This document shows, in pieces, positions 38,623-47,360 of a stretch of 50,335 nucleotides of DNA. This DNA comes from a virus, in UHGV virus genome UHGV-1998140; one strand, written 5' to 3'. Made by a program: the position numbers and the translations under genes. The notes under the pieces are model-generated. The model was not told where the DNA came from. It made no database searches and worked only from the letters and a program-made list of their open reading frames with translations. Every line of letters begins with the position of its first letter. Positions within the stretch are counted from its first letter, which is position 1.

Positions 38623-39176
38623 GCGGATTTCTCCATACACATTGATTTATTCGCCACGACGCCCGGAGCTGCACACTCGCGGGCGTCACTCTTTTCTGCC
38701 ACACAAAACACCCGGTAAAGAAGCGTGATGTGTTCCTGAAATTTGGCGATTACCTGATAACTGTTTTCCTCAATCTGAGCACGCTCGGCATCATCAATAA
38801 CGCCGTCAGCTGTCGCTTTGCGTACAAAATTAGAATGCTTGCCGATCCACTCGATCGACTCCATTAAGCGCTGGTTAATATCGCCGTTATCGACATCTTC
38901 AATATCCGCCAACGGAACGAATACCCCACCTGATTGGCGCGCGATAGCGTCTGCGATATGATTTGCGCCACCAGCACGCTGGAGCACCATCACCCATCCA
39001 AGCGGGAAAATTTGATCGCCATCAACACGCAGGCGGTTAAACAAAGCATTTTCGGTTACACCGAGCCATTCAGCGGCTTCGCCATAACCCCCAGGCAATT
39101 CAGTGATCGTTTTCTTGATCGCGGCCACCAGCCAAGCAGGCTGACGCTCTACTTTCCAGATTGGCTCATTACCCAC
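38619..39176 (-). CDS. CII-like / early regulatory protein (uncertain)
   Basis: 185 aa immediately downstream of cro; HTH-like segment [18 protein letters not shown]. Confidence 0.4.
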
Positions 39177-39432
39177 GGTGACCTCTCTTTTTCTGTGGTG
39201 TAACTTCTTGTTTACTTTCCGTATGCTTCAAATACCGATGCGGATATAAAATCTGGAGTTCATCTATCTGGCCTGAAAAAAAATTGACCAGTTTCTCCGC
39301 AATGTCAGTTGACGCAACCTGTTGCCCTCGCTCGATTCGGCTCAAGTTTCCAGGATCAATATCTACTGCTGCAGCAACATGGGACAAAGTCATACCTTGC
39401 GACTTACGCAAGTATCTTAACGGTGATTGCAT
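39169..39432 (-). CDS. cro: Cro-like HTH repressor
   Basis: Start at ATG 39432 with AGGAGG 5 nt upstream; HTH LSHVAAAVDIDPGNLSRIERGQ; divergent from cI. Confidence 0.7.
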   Translation of the reverse strand: MQSPLRYLRKSQGMTLSHVAAAVDIDPGNLSRIERGQQVASTDIAEKLVNFFSGQIDELQILYPHRYLKHTESKQEVTPQKKRGHRG

Positions 39433-39447
39433 AAAACCTCCTTTAAA

Positions 39448-39510
39448 TTGCGCATTACGCATATTAAAGGGTACTTACGCCTTGCGCAAGTTGCTTTGCA
39501 TATAACGCAA
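39448..39510. promoter_or_regulatory. OR-like operator region with divergent PR / PRM promoters
   Basis: Three ~15-17 bp sites with TTGCG...CGCAA half-sites; PR -35 TTGCGC/-10 TAATAT (minus); PRM -35 TTGCAT/-10 TGTAAT ending 7 nt before cI ATG. Confidence 0.5.
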
Positions 39511-39530
39511 AAATGACTTGTAATTAACTT

Positions 39531-40226
39531 ATGAACATCGGAAAGCGAATCAGAGAACTACGCCTTGCAAAGGGCTTAAAAATAAACGACCTGGCTGATG
39601 CTTTGGGCATTGATGGCGCCAATATTTCTCGCATGGAAACAGGTAAACAGAAATCATTTACCGAACAATCCCTTAATCTTTATGCAAAGGCATTAGGCGT
39701 AGAAGTTGCTGAGCTCTTTACACCTCCCCAAAATGAAATTACTGTATATAATAACAGTATAAAACATCCAGTTCATGGAGAGGGTAGCTCGGTGTTTAGA
39801 GTGGAAATGCTTGATGTCAGTGCGAGCGCTGGTGGTGGATTTATTCAGGGCAGTGATGTTATTGATGTCATAAGGTCTATTGAATACAACAACGACCAAG
39901 CCATGACTTTATTCGGTGGCAGAACACCAGACTCAGTGAAGGTCATTAACGTTCGGGGCGACAGCATGGCTGACACTATTCAGCCTGGAGATTTGATTTT
40001 CGTCGATGTTTCAGTCAATAGCTTTGATGGCGATGGCATCTACGTCTTTGGTTTCGATGGCAAAATATATGTTAAGCGCCTGCAAATGATACCAGATAAA
40101 ATGCTCGTGATTTCTGATAATCCAAAATACAGAGAATGGGAAATCGATCGGGCTAATGAATACCGCTTTTGCGTTTATGGCAAAGTAATGATCAGCCAGT
40201 CACAAGCCTTCAAGCGCCACGGCTAA
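39531..40226 (+). CDS. cI: CI-type repressor (HTH plus S24 LexA-like peptidase domain)
   Basis: 231 aa; N-terminal HTH LKINDLADALGIDGANISRMETGK; C-terminal S24-like domain (RGDSMADTIQPGDLIFVD ... KIYVKRL). Confidence 0.9.
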   Translation: MNIGKRIRELRLAKGLKINDLADALGIDGANISRMETGKQKSFTEQSLNLYAKALGVEVAELFTPPQNEITVYNNSIKHPVHGEGSSVFRVEMLDVSASAGGGFIQGSDVIDVIRSIEYNNDQAMTLFGGRTPDSVKVINVRGDSMADTIQPGDLIFVDVSVNSFDGDGIYVFGFDGKIYVKRLQMIPDKMLVISDNPKYREWEIDRANEYRFCVYGKVMISQSQAFKRHG

Positions 40227-40244
40227 CCAGTTCCATTCATTTTT

Positions 40245-40267
40245 GCCGCCTTTATGGCGGCTTTTTT
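40245..40267 (+). terminator. Rho-independent terminator downstream of cI
   Basis: GCCGCC-tttat-GGCGGC stem followed by TTTTTT. Confidence 0.6.
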
Positions 40268-40280
40268 ACGCCCTCAAAAC

Positions 40281-40315
40281 TGCGAATTACGCAATTTTTA
40301 GTTGCGTAATTCGCA
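40281..40315. promoter_or_regulatory. OL-like operator palindrome
   Basis: Perfect 14-bp inverted repeat TGCGAATTACGCAA / TTGCGTAATTCGCA separated by 7 nt; same half-site family as the OR sites; TATTAT hexamer 7 nt downstream. Confidence 0.4.
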
Positions 40316-40434
40316 ACTTCATATTATCGTTGGTTGCATCGATAGCGAACAGGCAGGACGCCCACGAAGTAGCCGCCCGGGGCATATGAAGGCCGGGATG
40401 ATTCGCTAAGCAACCAGACAGCAGAGGCTTCAGG

Positions 40435-40647
40435 ATGAATTCAGCACAACGCCGTAAGGCATACCGCAAGCTACCAAAAGCTGGAGGAATTGTAGTTCTA
40501 CACGGTGTCCCTCGTTTAGTCCTAGGGTTATGCACATTTAACAGCTTTACGGGCGAAGAACGTAGCAAACCATCAGTAAACCGTATCAGAGTACAAATGT
40601 CAGGCGGCTCAACTGCGGCCCCCCTGGTGCGTAATTTGAAGTTTTGA
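40435..40647 (+). CDS. Candidate N-like antiterminator (very uncertain)
   Basis: 70-aa ORF with arginine-rich N-terminus MNSAQRRKAYRK in the position where lambda carries N; no RBS. Confidence 0.2.
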   Translation: MNSAQRRKAYRKLPKAGGIVVLHGVPRLVLGLCTFNSFTGEERSKPSVNRIRVQMSGGSTAAPLVRNLKF

Positions 40648-41378
40648 TTAAAAACAGGTGTCTTCGGGAGGGGTTGCGGAGCTGGATTGACCACCAGCAA
40701 CAGAAACTCACCCGACATACAGCAGCCGTTTAACCCACGGCGTCGGGGGTCCAGTAAACCTGGATTAATACTGTAGGGGTTGTGCCGGTTGGTCGCCGGC
40801 GCCCCGCCCGAAGACACCTGAGTTAACACAACATGAAAGCGCATTCCATCTTCATCCGTCGTGGGGACTGGTTTGTAACTGAAGGAGTGCGCTTCCAGTT
40901 GTGAACGGCAACATTCACACCGTTGTATGGCACATGCAACGTCAGCGGCCTGAGAGTTCCCTTTATCCATCAACTCTCAGAACACCGGAATGTGCAAGCC
41001 AGGTGTTTCAGGCACGACGTGCGCCCCACCAGCGCGGCGAAAAGGTGTGACGCCCGGGAAGAGTCCGGGACACAACAGGTAAGAGCATTCCCGCCACACG
41101 AGGCTGAAACCCAAGCGCCATGTGGATGCGCCGAAAAGCTACGACGGGGCGTTGGTAGAAGATCGGAGTGCTCTTTCCGTTGTGGTAATTGCGGCTATGC
41201 GCACGTGACGAGCCAAACCCGTTCAATGAATGCGTTTCCGGGAAGTGTACGTCGCCGGTTACTGGCTAAACCCGGCAGGTGGAGGCACCACCGCCACAAC
41301 CTAGTTAACTGTGCTGTGTGTGGTCTTGGCGGTTATCCAGTTTTCCACTATCCAAAGGAGGAAGAGGATAACGTTGTG

Positions 41379-41540
41379 ATGGATAACCGCCCTTTTTACA
41401 CAATACAAAAGAGCATCACCGGGCGACGGGCTCATTACCCAATCCACCCGGGCGGCATCCAAACCGCAGGTACTCTTCTGTGTTGTGTACGGAGAAATTC
41501 CCGGCGGTGGCAGCCGCCTTTCGAGAGGGTAAAACCATGA
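41379..41540 (+). CDS. Small basic ORF coupled to downstream gene (uncertain)
   Basis: AGGAGG/GAGG upstream of in-frame GTG 41376 and ATG 41379; TGA overlaps next ATG (ATGA); Arg-rich, may be non-coding. Confidence 0.25.
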   Translation: MDNRPFYTIQKSITGRRAHYPIHPGGIQTAGTLLCCVRRNSRRWQPPFERVKP

Positions 41541-41908
41541 GTAATGATCGCATGACAGTAGTGCCCGATTTCCTGGGTGAACTGGACGCCGGCGTGTTCA
41601 TGAACAAGATTGCGGCGGCTCTTAATACCACCGCGCTCGGCGTTCTGAACAACGGCAACAAAGGCAAGGTTGTCCTCACCTTTGATTTTGAGCGTATGGG
41701 CAACTCTGTTGAAGAGAAGCGCGTCAAGATTAAGCACAAGCTGAACTACAGCACCCCAACTCCCCGCGGCAAAGCGTCGGAAGAGGACACCACCGAAACA
41801 CCAATGTGGGTTAACAAAGGCGGCAAGCTCACTATCCTGCAGGAGGATCAGGGGCAACTCTTCGGTATCACCGGCACGGTGGACGGAAAGCTTAAAGCGG
41901 CTCAGTGA
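41537..41908 (+). CDS. Hypothetical early-left operon protein (YfdP-like position)
   Basis: Start at ATG 41537 (MSNDRMTVVPDF) inside the 142-aa track ORF; first clear gene after the non-coding region. Confidence 0.5.
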   Translation: MSNDRMTVVPDFLGELDAGVFMNKIAAALNTTALGVLNNGNKGKVVLTFDFERMGNSVEEKRVKIKHKLNYSTPTPRGKASEEDTTETPMWVNKGGKLTILQEDQGQLFGITGTVDGKLKAAQ

Positions 41909-41964
41909 TCCGCCCGCACAAATTCACTGATACCACTTCGCTAATCAGTTAATAAGGAATTTTT

Positions 41965-42792
41965 ATGTCTCAGTTAGACAGCGGTACTTTTCAGCAAGTT
42001 AAAGACCTAGTGCTTTCCGGTTATCACCTGAACGATATCCACGGCTTAGCCTGCCCGACCGCCCTACTACCACAAGACACCAACGTTGAAAGTCTGGAGC
42101 GTTTTGCTCTTGAGCGCTTCCGTTTCCGCGGTGCCATGGACACAACTAGCATTGACGATTTCGTTCGCTATTCCGTTGGTTATGCCCAGGAAGACGAAAA
42201 AGCCCGTTGCTTCATCGATGCCGATAGCATGCTGGCGCGCTCCATCTTCAATATCGGTACTCTGGATAACCCAGGCCACGCTGATAATGTCGCTTCGATC
42301 AAACTGAAGAAAACCGCACCGTTCCGCGCGCTGCTGTCGATCAACGGCGATCACCTCATTCAGAAGCAAATCGCCGAATGGCTGGAAGACTGGAGCGATT
42401 ACCTTATTGCGTTCGATGCCGACGGCAACACGATGAAAATCGCCCAGGCAGCACAGGCAGTTCGCCGCGTCACCATTCAGCAAACTAACGCCTCCGATCA
42501 TGAAGATGGTGATTTCAGTGGCAAAAAATCGCTAATGCAGAGTATCGAAGCCAGTAGTAAAGATGTGATGCCGGTAGCGTTCGAGTTCAAATGTGTGCCG
42601 TATGAAGGGCTCGGCGAACGTGCATTTAGCCTGCGCAACAGCCTGCTGAAAAGTAATGATCCGGTATTCGTCTTGCGTATTGTCCAGCTGGAAGCCCAGG
42701 AAGAAGCGATCGCCAATGAGTTCCGCGACCTGCTGACTAGTAAGTTCGACGGTAAGCCTGTGGAAACCTTTATCGGTAACTTCAAAGCCTGA
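41965..42792 (+). CDS. YfdQ-like prophage protein (DUF2303-like)
   Basis: 275 aa; size and synteny with a downstream HD-domain gene resemble the yfdPQR block of E. coli CPS-53; assignment from memory. Confidence 0.5.
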   Translation: MSQLDSGTFQQVKDLVLSGYHLNDIHGLACPTALLPQDTNVESLERFALERFRFRGAMDTTSIDDFVRYSVGYAQEDEKARCFIDADSMLARSIFNIGTLDNPGHADNVASIKLKKTAPFRALLSINGDHLIQKQIAEWLEDWSDYLIAFDADGNTMKIAQAAQAVRRVTIQQTNASDHEDGDFSGKKSLMQSIEASSKDVMPVAFEFKCVPYEGLGERAFSLRNSLLKSNDPVFVLRIVQLEAQEEAIANEFRDLLTSKFDGKPVETFIGNFKA

Positions 42793-42924
42793 TTGCTCTC
42801 CATTAAATCCCCGGCACCGCGGGGATTTATTAAAGCGTAATCCTGAAATTTATCGCCTTTTGGCGAGGGATTCTTACACCCAAAAACCAGCGCTGTGCAG
42901 AGCGCGATTAAATGGAGAAATACG

Positions 42925-43452
42925 ATGAGCTTTATTCAAACCTTTACTGGCAAACATTTTAACTATCTCGACATCCAGCTGGATGCCATTGAGATCGAAG
43001 ATATCGCTAACGCGCTCTCGAATATTTGCCGCTTTTCCGGCCATCTTCCAGAGTTCTACAGCGTAGGCCAGCACAGCGTATTAACCAGCCATCTGGTACC
43101 GCAGGAGTTCGCGCTTGAAGCACTGCTGCACGACGCCGCCGAAGCTTATTTGCAGGATATCCCAGCGCCGCTTAAACGCCTGCTCCCAGACTACCGAGCC
43201 ATCGAGGATCGGGTTGATGCTGCTATCCGTCAAAAATTTGGTCTGCCTTCTGAGCAGCACCCGACCGTCAAATATGCCGACCTGGTGATGCTGGCAAGCG
43301 AACGCCGTGATTTTGAAATCGACGACGGCACTCACTGGCCTATGCTCGACGGAATTATTCCCACCGACCAATTCGTTATCAATCCCGTTCGCCCGGGTCA
43401 GTGCTATGGGATGTTCATGAACCGCTTCAACCAGCTGATGGAGCGGCGCTAA
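42925..43452 (+). CDS. HD-domain phosphohydrolase (YfdR-like 5'-deoxynucleotidase)
   Basis: Start at ATG 42925 with GGAG RBS; HD-type motif region (LLHDAAEAYLQD). Confidence 0.65.
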   Translation: MSFIQTFTGKHFNYLDIQLDAIEIEDIANALSNICRFSGHLPEFYSVGQHSVLTSHLVPQEFALEALLHDAAEAYLQDIPAPLKRLLPDYRAIEDRVDAAIRQKFGLPSEQHPTVKYADLVMLASERRDFEIDDGTHWPMLDGIIPTDQFVINPVRPGQCYGMFMNRFNQLMERR

Positions 43453-43649
43453 TGGCACACGTAAAAGTAAAAGACCTCGTTGCGGCTGCACATGCCGCAT
43501 CACAAGATTTGCCACCAGCATCAGCGAAGTTAATGCGCGATACCGCTACTCGTCTGGACGTTACCTACGCCGCACTAACTGAAGCAATGGATCAAAACAC
43601 AGCGCTGGCGGCTATGTTAGCTGCAGCGCAGAAAAAGGAGAAAAATTAA
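43452..43649 (+). CDS. Hypothetical small protein
   Basis: 65 aa from ATG 43452 overlapping the upstream stop (TAATG). Confidence 0.4.
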   Translation: MAHVKVKDLVAAAHAASQDLPPASAKLMRDTATRLDVTYAALTEAMDQNTALAAMLAAAQKKEKN

Positions 43650-43650
43650 C

Positions 43651-44223
43651 GTGAACCATTTAATGATCGACCTCGAAACGATGGGCAATAAGCCTGCTGC
43701 ACCAATCGTTGCGATCGGCGCTGTATTCTTCGCCCCGAAAAGCAGTGAGTTGGGCGCAGAGTTCTATATGGCCGTTAACCTCGCCAGTGCTATGGATCAG
43801 GGTGCGACACCTGACGGTGATACTATCCTGTGGTGGCTCAAACAATCATCAGAGGCCCGAGCAGCTATTTGTACTGACGATACCAGAAGCATTACATTTG
43901 CTCTCTCCGAGTTGAGTTCATTTATCAGCCGTCACTCTGACAACCCACGATATCTGAAAGTCTGGGGTAATGGTTCTAACTTTGACAATGTGATTTTACG
44001 CTCAGCCTACGACCGCGCCGGCCAAACCTGCCCGTGGCAATTCTGGAACGACTGCGACGTGCGCACCATGGTGTTGCTCGGCAAACAACTTGGTTTCGAC
44101 CCTAAGCGCAAGATGCCATTTGATGGTGTAGCCCACAATGCACTGGCCGATGCTCGCCACCAGGCAAAATACGTGTCCGCAATCTGGCAAAAGCTAATTC
44201 CAGCCACCAGCACCGAAGAATAA
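43651..44223 (+). CDS. 3'-5' exonuclease (DnaQ-like DEDD fold)
   Basis: 190 aa; N-terminal MIDLETMG acidic motif and C-terminal H-x4-D (AHNALADA) typical of DEDDh exonucleases. Confidence 0.6.
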   Translation: MNHLMIDLETMGNKPAAPIVAIGAVFFAPKSSELGAEFYMAVNLASAMDQGATPDGDTILWWLKQSSEARAAICTDDTRSITFALSELSSFISRHSDNPRYLKVWGNGSNFDNVILRSAYDRAGQTCPWQFWNDCDVRTMVLLGKQLGFDPKRKMPFDGVAHNALADARHQAKYVSAIWQKLIPATSTEE

Positions 44224-44265
44224 ACCTCACGCCCGGGTGCAGCCGGGCTGTATGGAGATCCTGCC

Positions 44266-44475
44266 ATGGCAAAACTTATGAAAGCGAGTCAATGGGGAAA
44301 ACGCGAATTTACCAAAGACTCTATTCCGGATAATCGAACCATTAAACGTTGGGTCGAAAATGGCCTACTCACAGGTAAAATCGTCGACGGCTCTGTTTTC
44401 GTCTACGAATCTGAAAAATGGGGGGTCGACTCGATGGTTAATCATGCGGTTCGCCAGCTTATCAGTGAGGGTTAA
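44266..44475 (+). CDS. xis: Excisionase-like DNA-binding protein
   Basis: 69 aa immediately upstream of int; TIKRWVENGLL ... VDGSVFVY resembles Xis. Confidence 0.65.
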   Translation: MAKLMKASQWGKREFTKDSIPDNRTIKRWVENGLLTGKIVDGSVFVYESEKWGVDSMVNHAVRQLISEG

Positions 44476-44477
44476 CC

Positions 44478-45659
44478 ATGGCAGCAAGGCCAAGAAAAAG
44501 GGAATACCGCCATCTACCTGATTATCTAATATTTGATAAAGATCGCGGCGTTTATAAATTCACCTTAATTACAGGGAAGAAAAAGAACATTGGGAAAGAT
44601 CGGGCTATAGCCATCGCTATTGCGCGCGAATACAACCTCAGAATGCGGCAGGCAAATGCTCCGTCAGTTGAATTGCTTATCCGTGATTCTGGCGGCGTGT
44701 CGGGTGAAGCTAAACCTTTTGCCGAGCATGTTGATCACATCATGGCGCGTGCGATTGAAAATGAACGTCCGTCGCAAAATACGCTTGATGACTGGAACAA
44801 CGACGCACTAAGGGTGAAGGAATTCTTTAGCAACATACCAGCTTGCGATATTGAGCTGGAGCATGTGAACGCCTACATAAAGCATTACCACTCAGATTCA
44901 TCAGCGAACGTACAAAACCGGAAGGTCAGCTTCCTTAAAAAATTGTTCTCGTATGCGGTCGATGAATCATTGATGTTTGATAATCCTGCTACACGCAAAA
45001 AAATGCGAAGAACCGAAGAGAAGAAACGCCAGCGTCTTTCACTCGATAACTTTAAAGCCATTCGTCGGGCCGCCGAACCCTGGTTACGCACCGCGATGGA
45101 TTTAGCATTACAGACGACGCACGCTCGCCTTGAAGTGTCTAGGATTCGGTATTCAATTCGTGAACCTAAGAACGGTATTTGTGGTTGTGTATGGCTCGAA
45201 CAGCCAGAAGATGGCATATATGGAACGCTTTACATCCATCGTCAAAAGGTACAAAAGAAGGAAGCATCGCACGTTGCGATTCCAATTGGGGATGAGCTAA
45301 AGCGCATAATTGATGAAAGTAGGGATAACGTAGCTAGTCCGTTTGTTGTTCATCGGATTCCGGAGCGACAGGTTAAACGCAGTAAAGAAGTTTCACACCC
45401 AACTCAAGTTGCGCCTGACTATCTTAGTCGCTCGTTCTCCTCGTTACGCGATGAGCTAGGGCTTTGTGATCATCTTGCGATGGACGAACGCCCTACATTT
45501 CACGAGATCAGAGCCCTTGCAGCACATTTGTTTAATAGCCAAGGAATCGATCCTCAAGGCAGAATGGCTCACAGTGATGCAAAATCAACAAAGATTTATA
45601 CTCAAAACCACATTGATTGGATCGTCGTTCCACACGGGGAAATTAAATACAATGCATAA
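44478..45659 (+). CDS. int: Tyrosine integrase
   Basis: 393 aa, Arg-rich N-terminal arm-binding region, C-terminal catalytic region; 1.6 kb from the tRNA-derived att core. Confidence 0.9.
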   Translation: MAARPRKREYRHLPDYLIFDKDRGVYKFTLITGKKKNIGKDRAIAIAIAREYNLRMRQANAPSVELLIRDSGGVSGEAKPFAEHVDHIMARAIENERPSQNTLDDWNNDALRVKEFFSNIPACDIELEHVNAYIKHYHSDSSANVQNRKVSFLKKLFSYAVDESLMFDNPATRKKMRRTEEKKRQRLSLDNFKAIRRAAEPWLRTAMDLALQTTHARLEVSRIRYSIREPKNGICGCVWLEQPEDGIYGTLYIHRQKVQKKEASHVAIPIGDELKRIIDESRDNVASPFVVHRIPERQVKRSKEVSHPTQVAPDYLSRSFSSLRDELGLCDHLAMDERPTFHEIRALAAHLFNSQGIDPQGRMAHSDAKSTKIYTQNHIDWIVVPHGEIKYNA

Positions 45660-45693
45660 TGAAATTGGCCTCAAATGAGGCCAATTAGTGGGA

Positions 45694-46077
45694 TTAGGAA
45701 GCTTCTGACTTGGTCATATCAGCGCAACGCTGGATTAATTTCTCTGCAGTCTTAATTGCGGTGCTTGATTGGGTTGATGTAACAGTGTCGTTAAGTCTGT
45801 AATCACAAACTATTCTCTGATCCTTAAGCGATTGTAGAGCATACCCCAAACCAATTAAGTCTCTTTTATCAAAAGGTTCGTTGCCCTTCCAAGCATCGTT
45901 AACGAGATAGTCAATGAGGCCCTGGTGACTTTCCTTCGGCCCCATGGTCAAACACGGAAGTACGTGGTGATAGGCGCCATAATACGCACGAGCGACAGCA
46001 TTTCTGTAACCAATTTCGTCGTTACGTTTTTCACAATCTTTTGCGAAAGCGATAATCTCAGAACTATTAACTGGCAC
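45694..46077 (-). CDS. Hypothetical protein B of cargo operon (127 aa)
   Basis: GTG at 46077 with GGAGG 9 nt upstream, overlapping stop of gene A by 11 nt; contains RAYYGAYHH segment; no confident family. Confidence 0.5.
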   Translation of the reverse strand: MPVNSSEIIAFAKDCEKRNDEIGYRNAVARAYYGAYHHVLPCLTMGPKESHQGLIDYLVNDAWKGNEPFDKRDLIGLGYALQSLKDQRIVCDYRLNDTVTSTQSSTAIKTAEKLIQRCADMTKSEAS

Positions 46078-46882
46078 GCGCAGGTTCCTCCGAATGTCCT
46101 TCAAACCAGACGCTGAAAGGTTTTCCAATCAAACTTTCATTTTCTGCAAGAGAAAATGCTATATCTAGGTTCATATCAGAGAGAACATCAGAATCTTCAG
46201 TATTAACTGTCATGACATACGATGACGTCCGCTCTTCAGGGACAGAGCAGAAAGACATAGCAACAGGACCAACCTTATGGTAGCTCATGATATCCACAAT
46301 GCGATTTGCAATATCCTGGAATTCTTCATCAGTAATTCCAGTTGTACTTTTGAAAGTCGTGGATTGGGCCAGTGCTGTGGCTGCGAGGTGCTTAACCAAT
46401 TCAGCCTCCTTTTCATCTACCATACTTATCAACCTCTCAGCATAGTAGAGCGCTTTGTCAATACGCCCCAAGAACAAGTTGGCTTCCCATGCATGGGACA
46501 ACATTGTAGGCGAGTTATAACGTTCAACTAATCGATTTACCGCTTGTTCAACTTCACGAAAACTGCCGTAATCGTTAAGGTAAACTACATAATTTTGAGC
46601 AATGAGTAGGTTGTTATGCTTCAATGCTTCTTCAAAGAATGCAACAGCCGAATCCTTACGCCCAAAAGCACCATTAGCCAACGCTTTGAGATAGTCCTCA
46701 GATGCACTGTCGCGCAACTTTTCTATATCTCTTAGATATCGAAAATATTGCATTTCGGATATCGTACCCCGAGCCGCAAGTATATCGATTAATTCGCTGC
46801 TGATTTCGTTCGCTTTTAGCGCCAATTTTGGCATTAATTTTTCCTTAAGAAGCGTTAGCTCAGTTGCTTTTTCATGTAGCAA
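46067..46882 (-). CDS. Hypothetical protein A of cargo operon (helical, TPR-like)
   Basis: 271 aa, alpha-helical repeat-like composition; first gene of a two-gene operon between int and att core; AT-rich promoter region upstream. Confidence 0.5.
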   Translation of the reverse strand: MLHEKATELTLLKEKLMPKLALKANEISSELIDILAARGTISEMQYFRYLRDIEKLRDSASEDYLKALANGAFGRKDSAVAFFEEALKHNNLLIAQNYVVYLNDYGSFREVEQAVNRLVERYNSPTMLSHAWEANLFLGRIDKALYYAERLISMVDEKEAELVKHLAATALAQSTTFKSTTGITDEEFQDIANRIVDIMSYHKVGPVAMSFCSVPEERTSSYVMTVNTEDSDVLSDMNLDIAFSLAENESLIGKPFSVWFEGHSEEPARAS

Positions 46883-47272
46883 TCTTAGTAAGTCTGTGAA
46901 GAGTACACGAGGATGCTCTCGATTTCCAACGACCTGTATAACCCTAAAGGAATGTCAACTCTTGACAATTGAATAAATGCCACTTTCATCAACAAACGAA
47001 GATATCCACAGACACGCCTAATGCACAACTCTGTGGATAACTATTACTTACCCACAGAAATGTACTTTTCGCTCGGTTTGCAAAAAGTGCTATAGATGGG
47101 ACCTATTAATAACAGCAAGCAAAAACAAACTGTAAAAATTGTGGGGTAAAACTGACGTTAAGTATTTGATGTATATAGTGTGGATTTTGCATAAAGCGCA
47201 CTGTTTGTATATACAGTCGAATACACTCCAGAAGCAGTATTTACAAGGGCTCCAGCACCTTTACAGCAGTGA

Positions 47273-47318
47273 CATGGGGTGTCGGGGGTCGGAGGTTCAA
47301 ATCCTCTCGTGCCGACCA
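47273..47318 (+). other. Attachment-site core: 3' 46 nt of tRNA-Pro(GGG) (partial tRNA copy at prophage-host junction)
   Basis: CATGGGGTGTCGGGGGTCGGAGGTTCAAATCCTCTCGTGCCGACCA has the T-arm GGTTCAAATCC and acceptor 3' strand plus CCA; no matching 5' acceptor strand upstream. Confidence 0.7.
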
Positions 47319-47332
47319 AATAATCCCAGTAA

Positions 47333-47360
47333 AACCAGCCTTTTAAGGCTGGTTTTTTTA
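47333..47360 (+). terminator. Rho-independent terminator downstream of the tRNA-derived sequence
   Basis: AACCAGCC-ttttaa-GGCTGGTT stem followed by T7. Confidence 0.65.

Larger units (their letters stand above)
1..47318. mobile_element. Lambdoid/HK97-like siphovirus prophage (right portion; continues beyond window start)
   Basis: Contiguous int-xis, cI/cro switch, replication, Q, lysis, HNH-terminase, HK97-type head and lambda-type tail modules; right boundary is a 46-nt tRNA-Pro 3' fragment followed by host DNA. Confidence 0.85.

Noticed and set aside
40656-40820. Retron-like msr/msd hypothesis for the 14-bp inverted repeat enclosing ~135 nt
   Set aside because: No reverse transcriptase gene nearby and no long msd-type hairpin inside the repeat.
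40287-41540. Long ORFs 40287-40973 (minus, 228 aa) and 40923-41540 (plus, 205 aa)
   Set aside because: Arg/Cys/His/Pro-rich translations with no RBS at their first start codons, lying across hairpin-rich GC-rich sequence; treated as non-coding except possibly the last ~53 codons.
47221-47318. Intact tRNA-Pro gene
   Set aside because: Only the 3' 46 nt is present; no 5' acceptor strand within 100 nt upstream, so this is an att core fragment.
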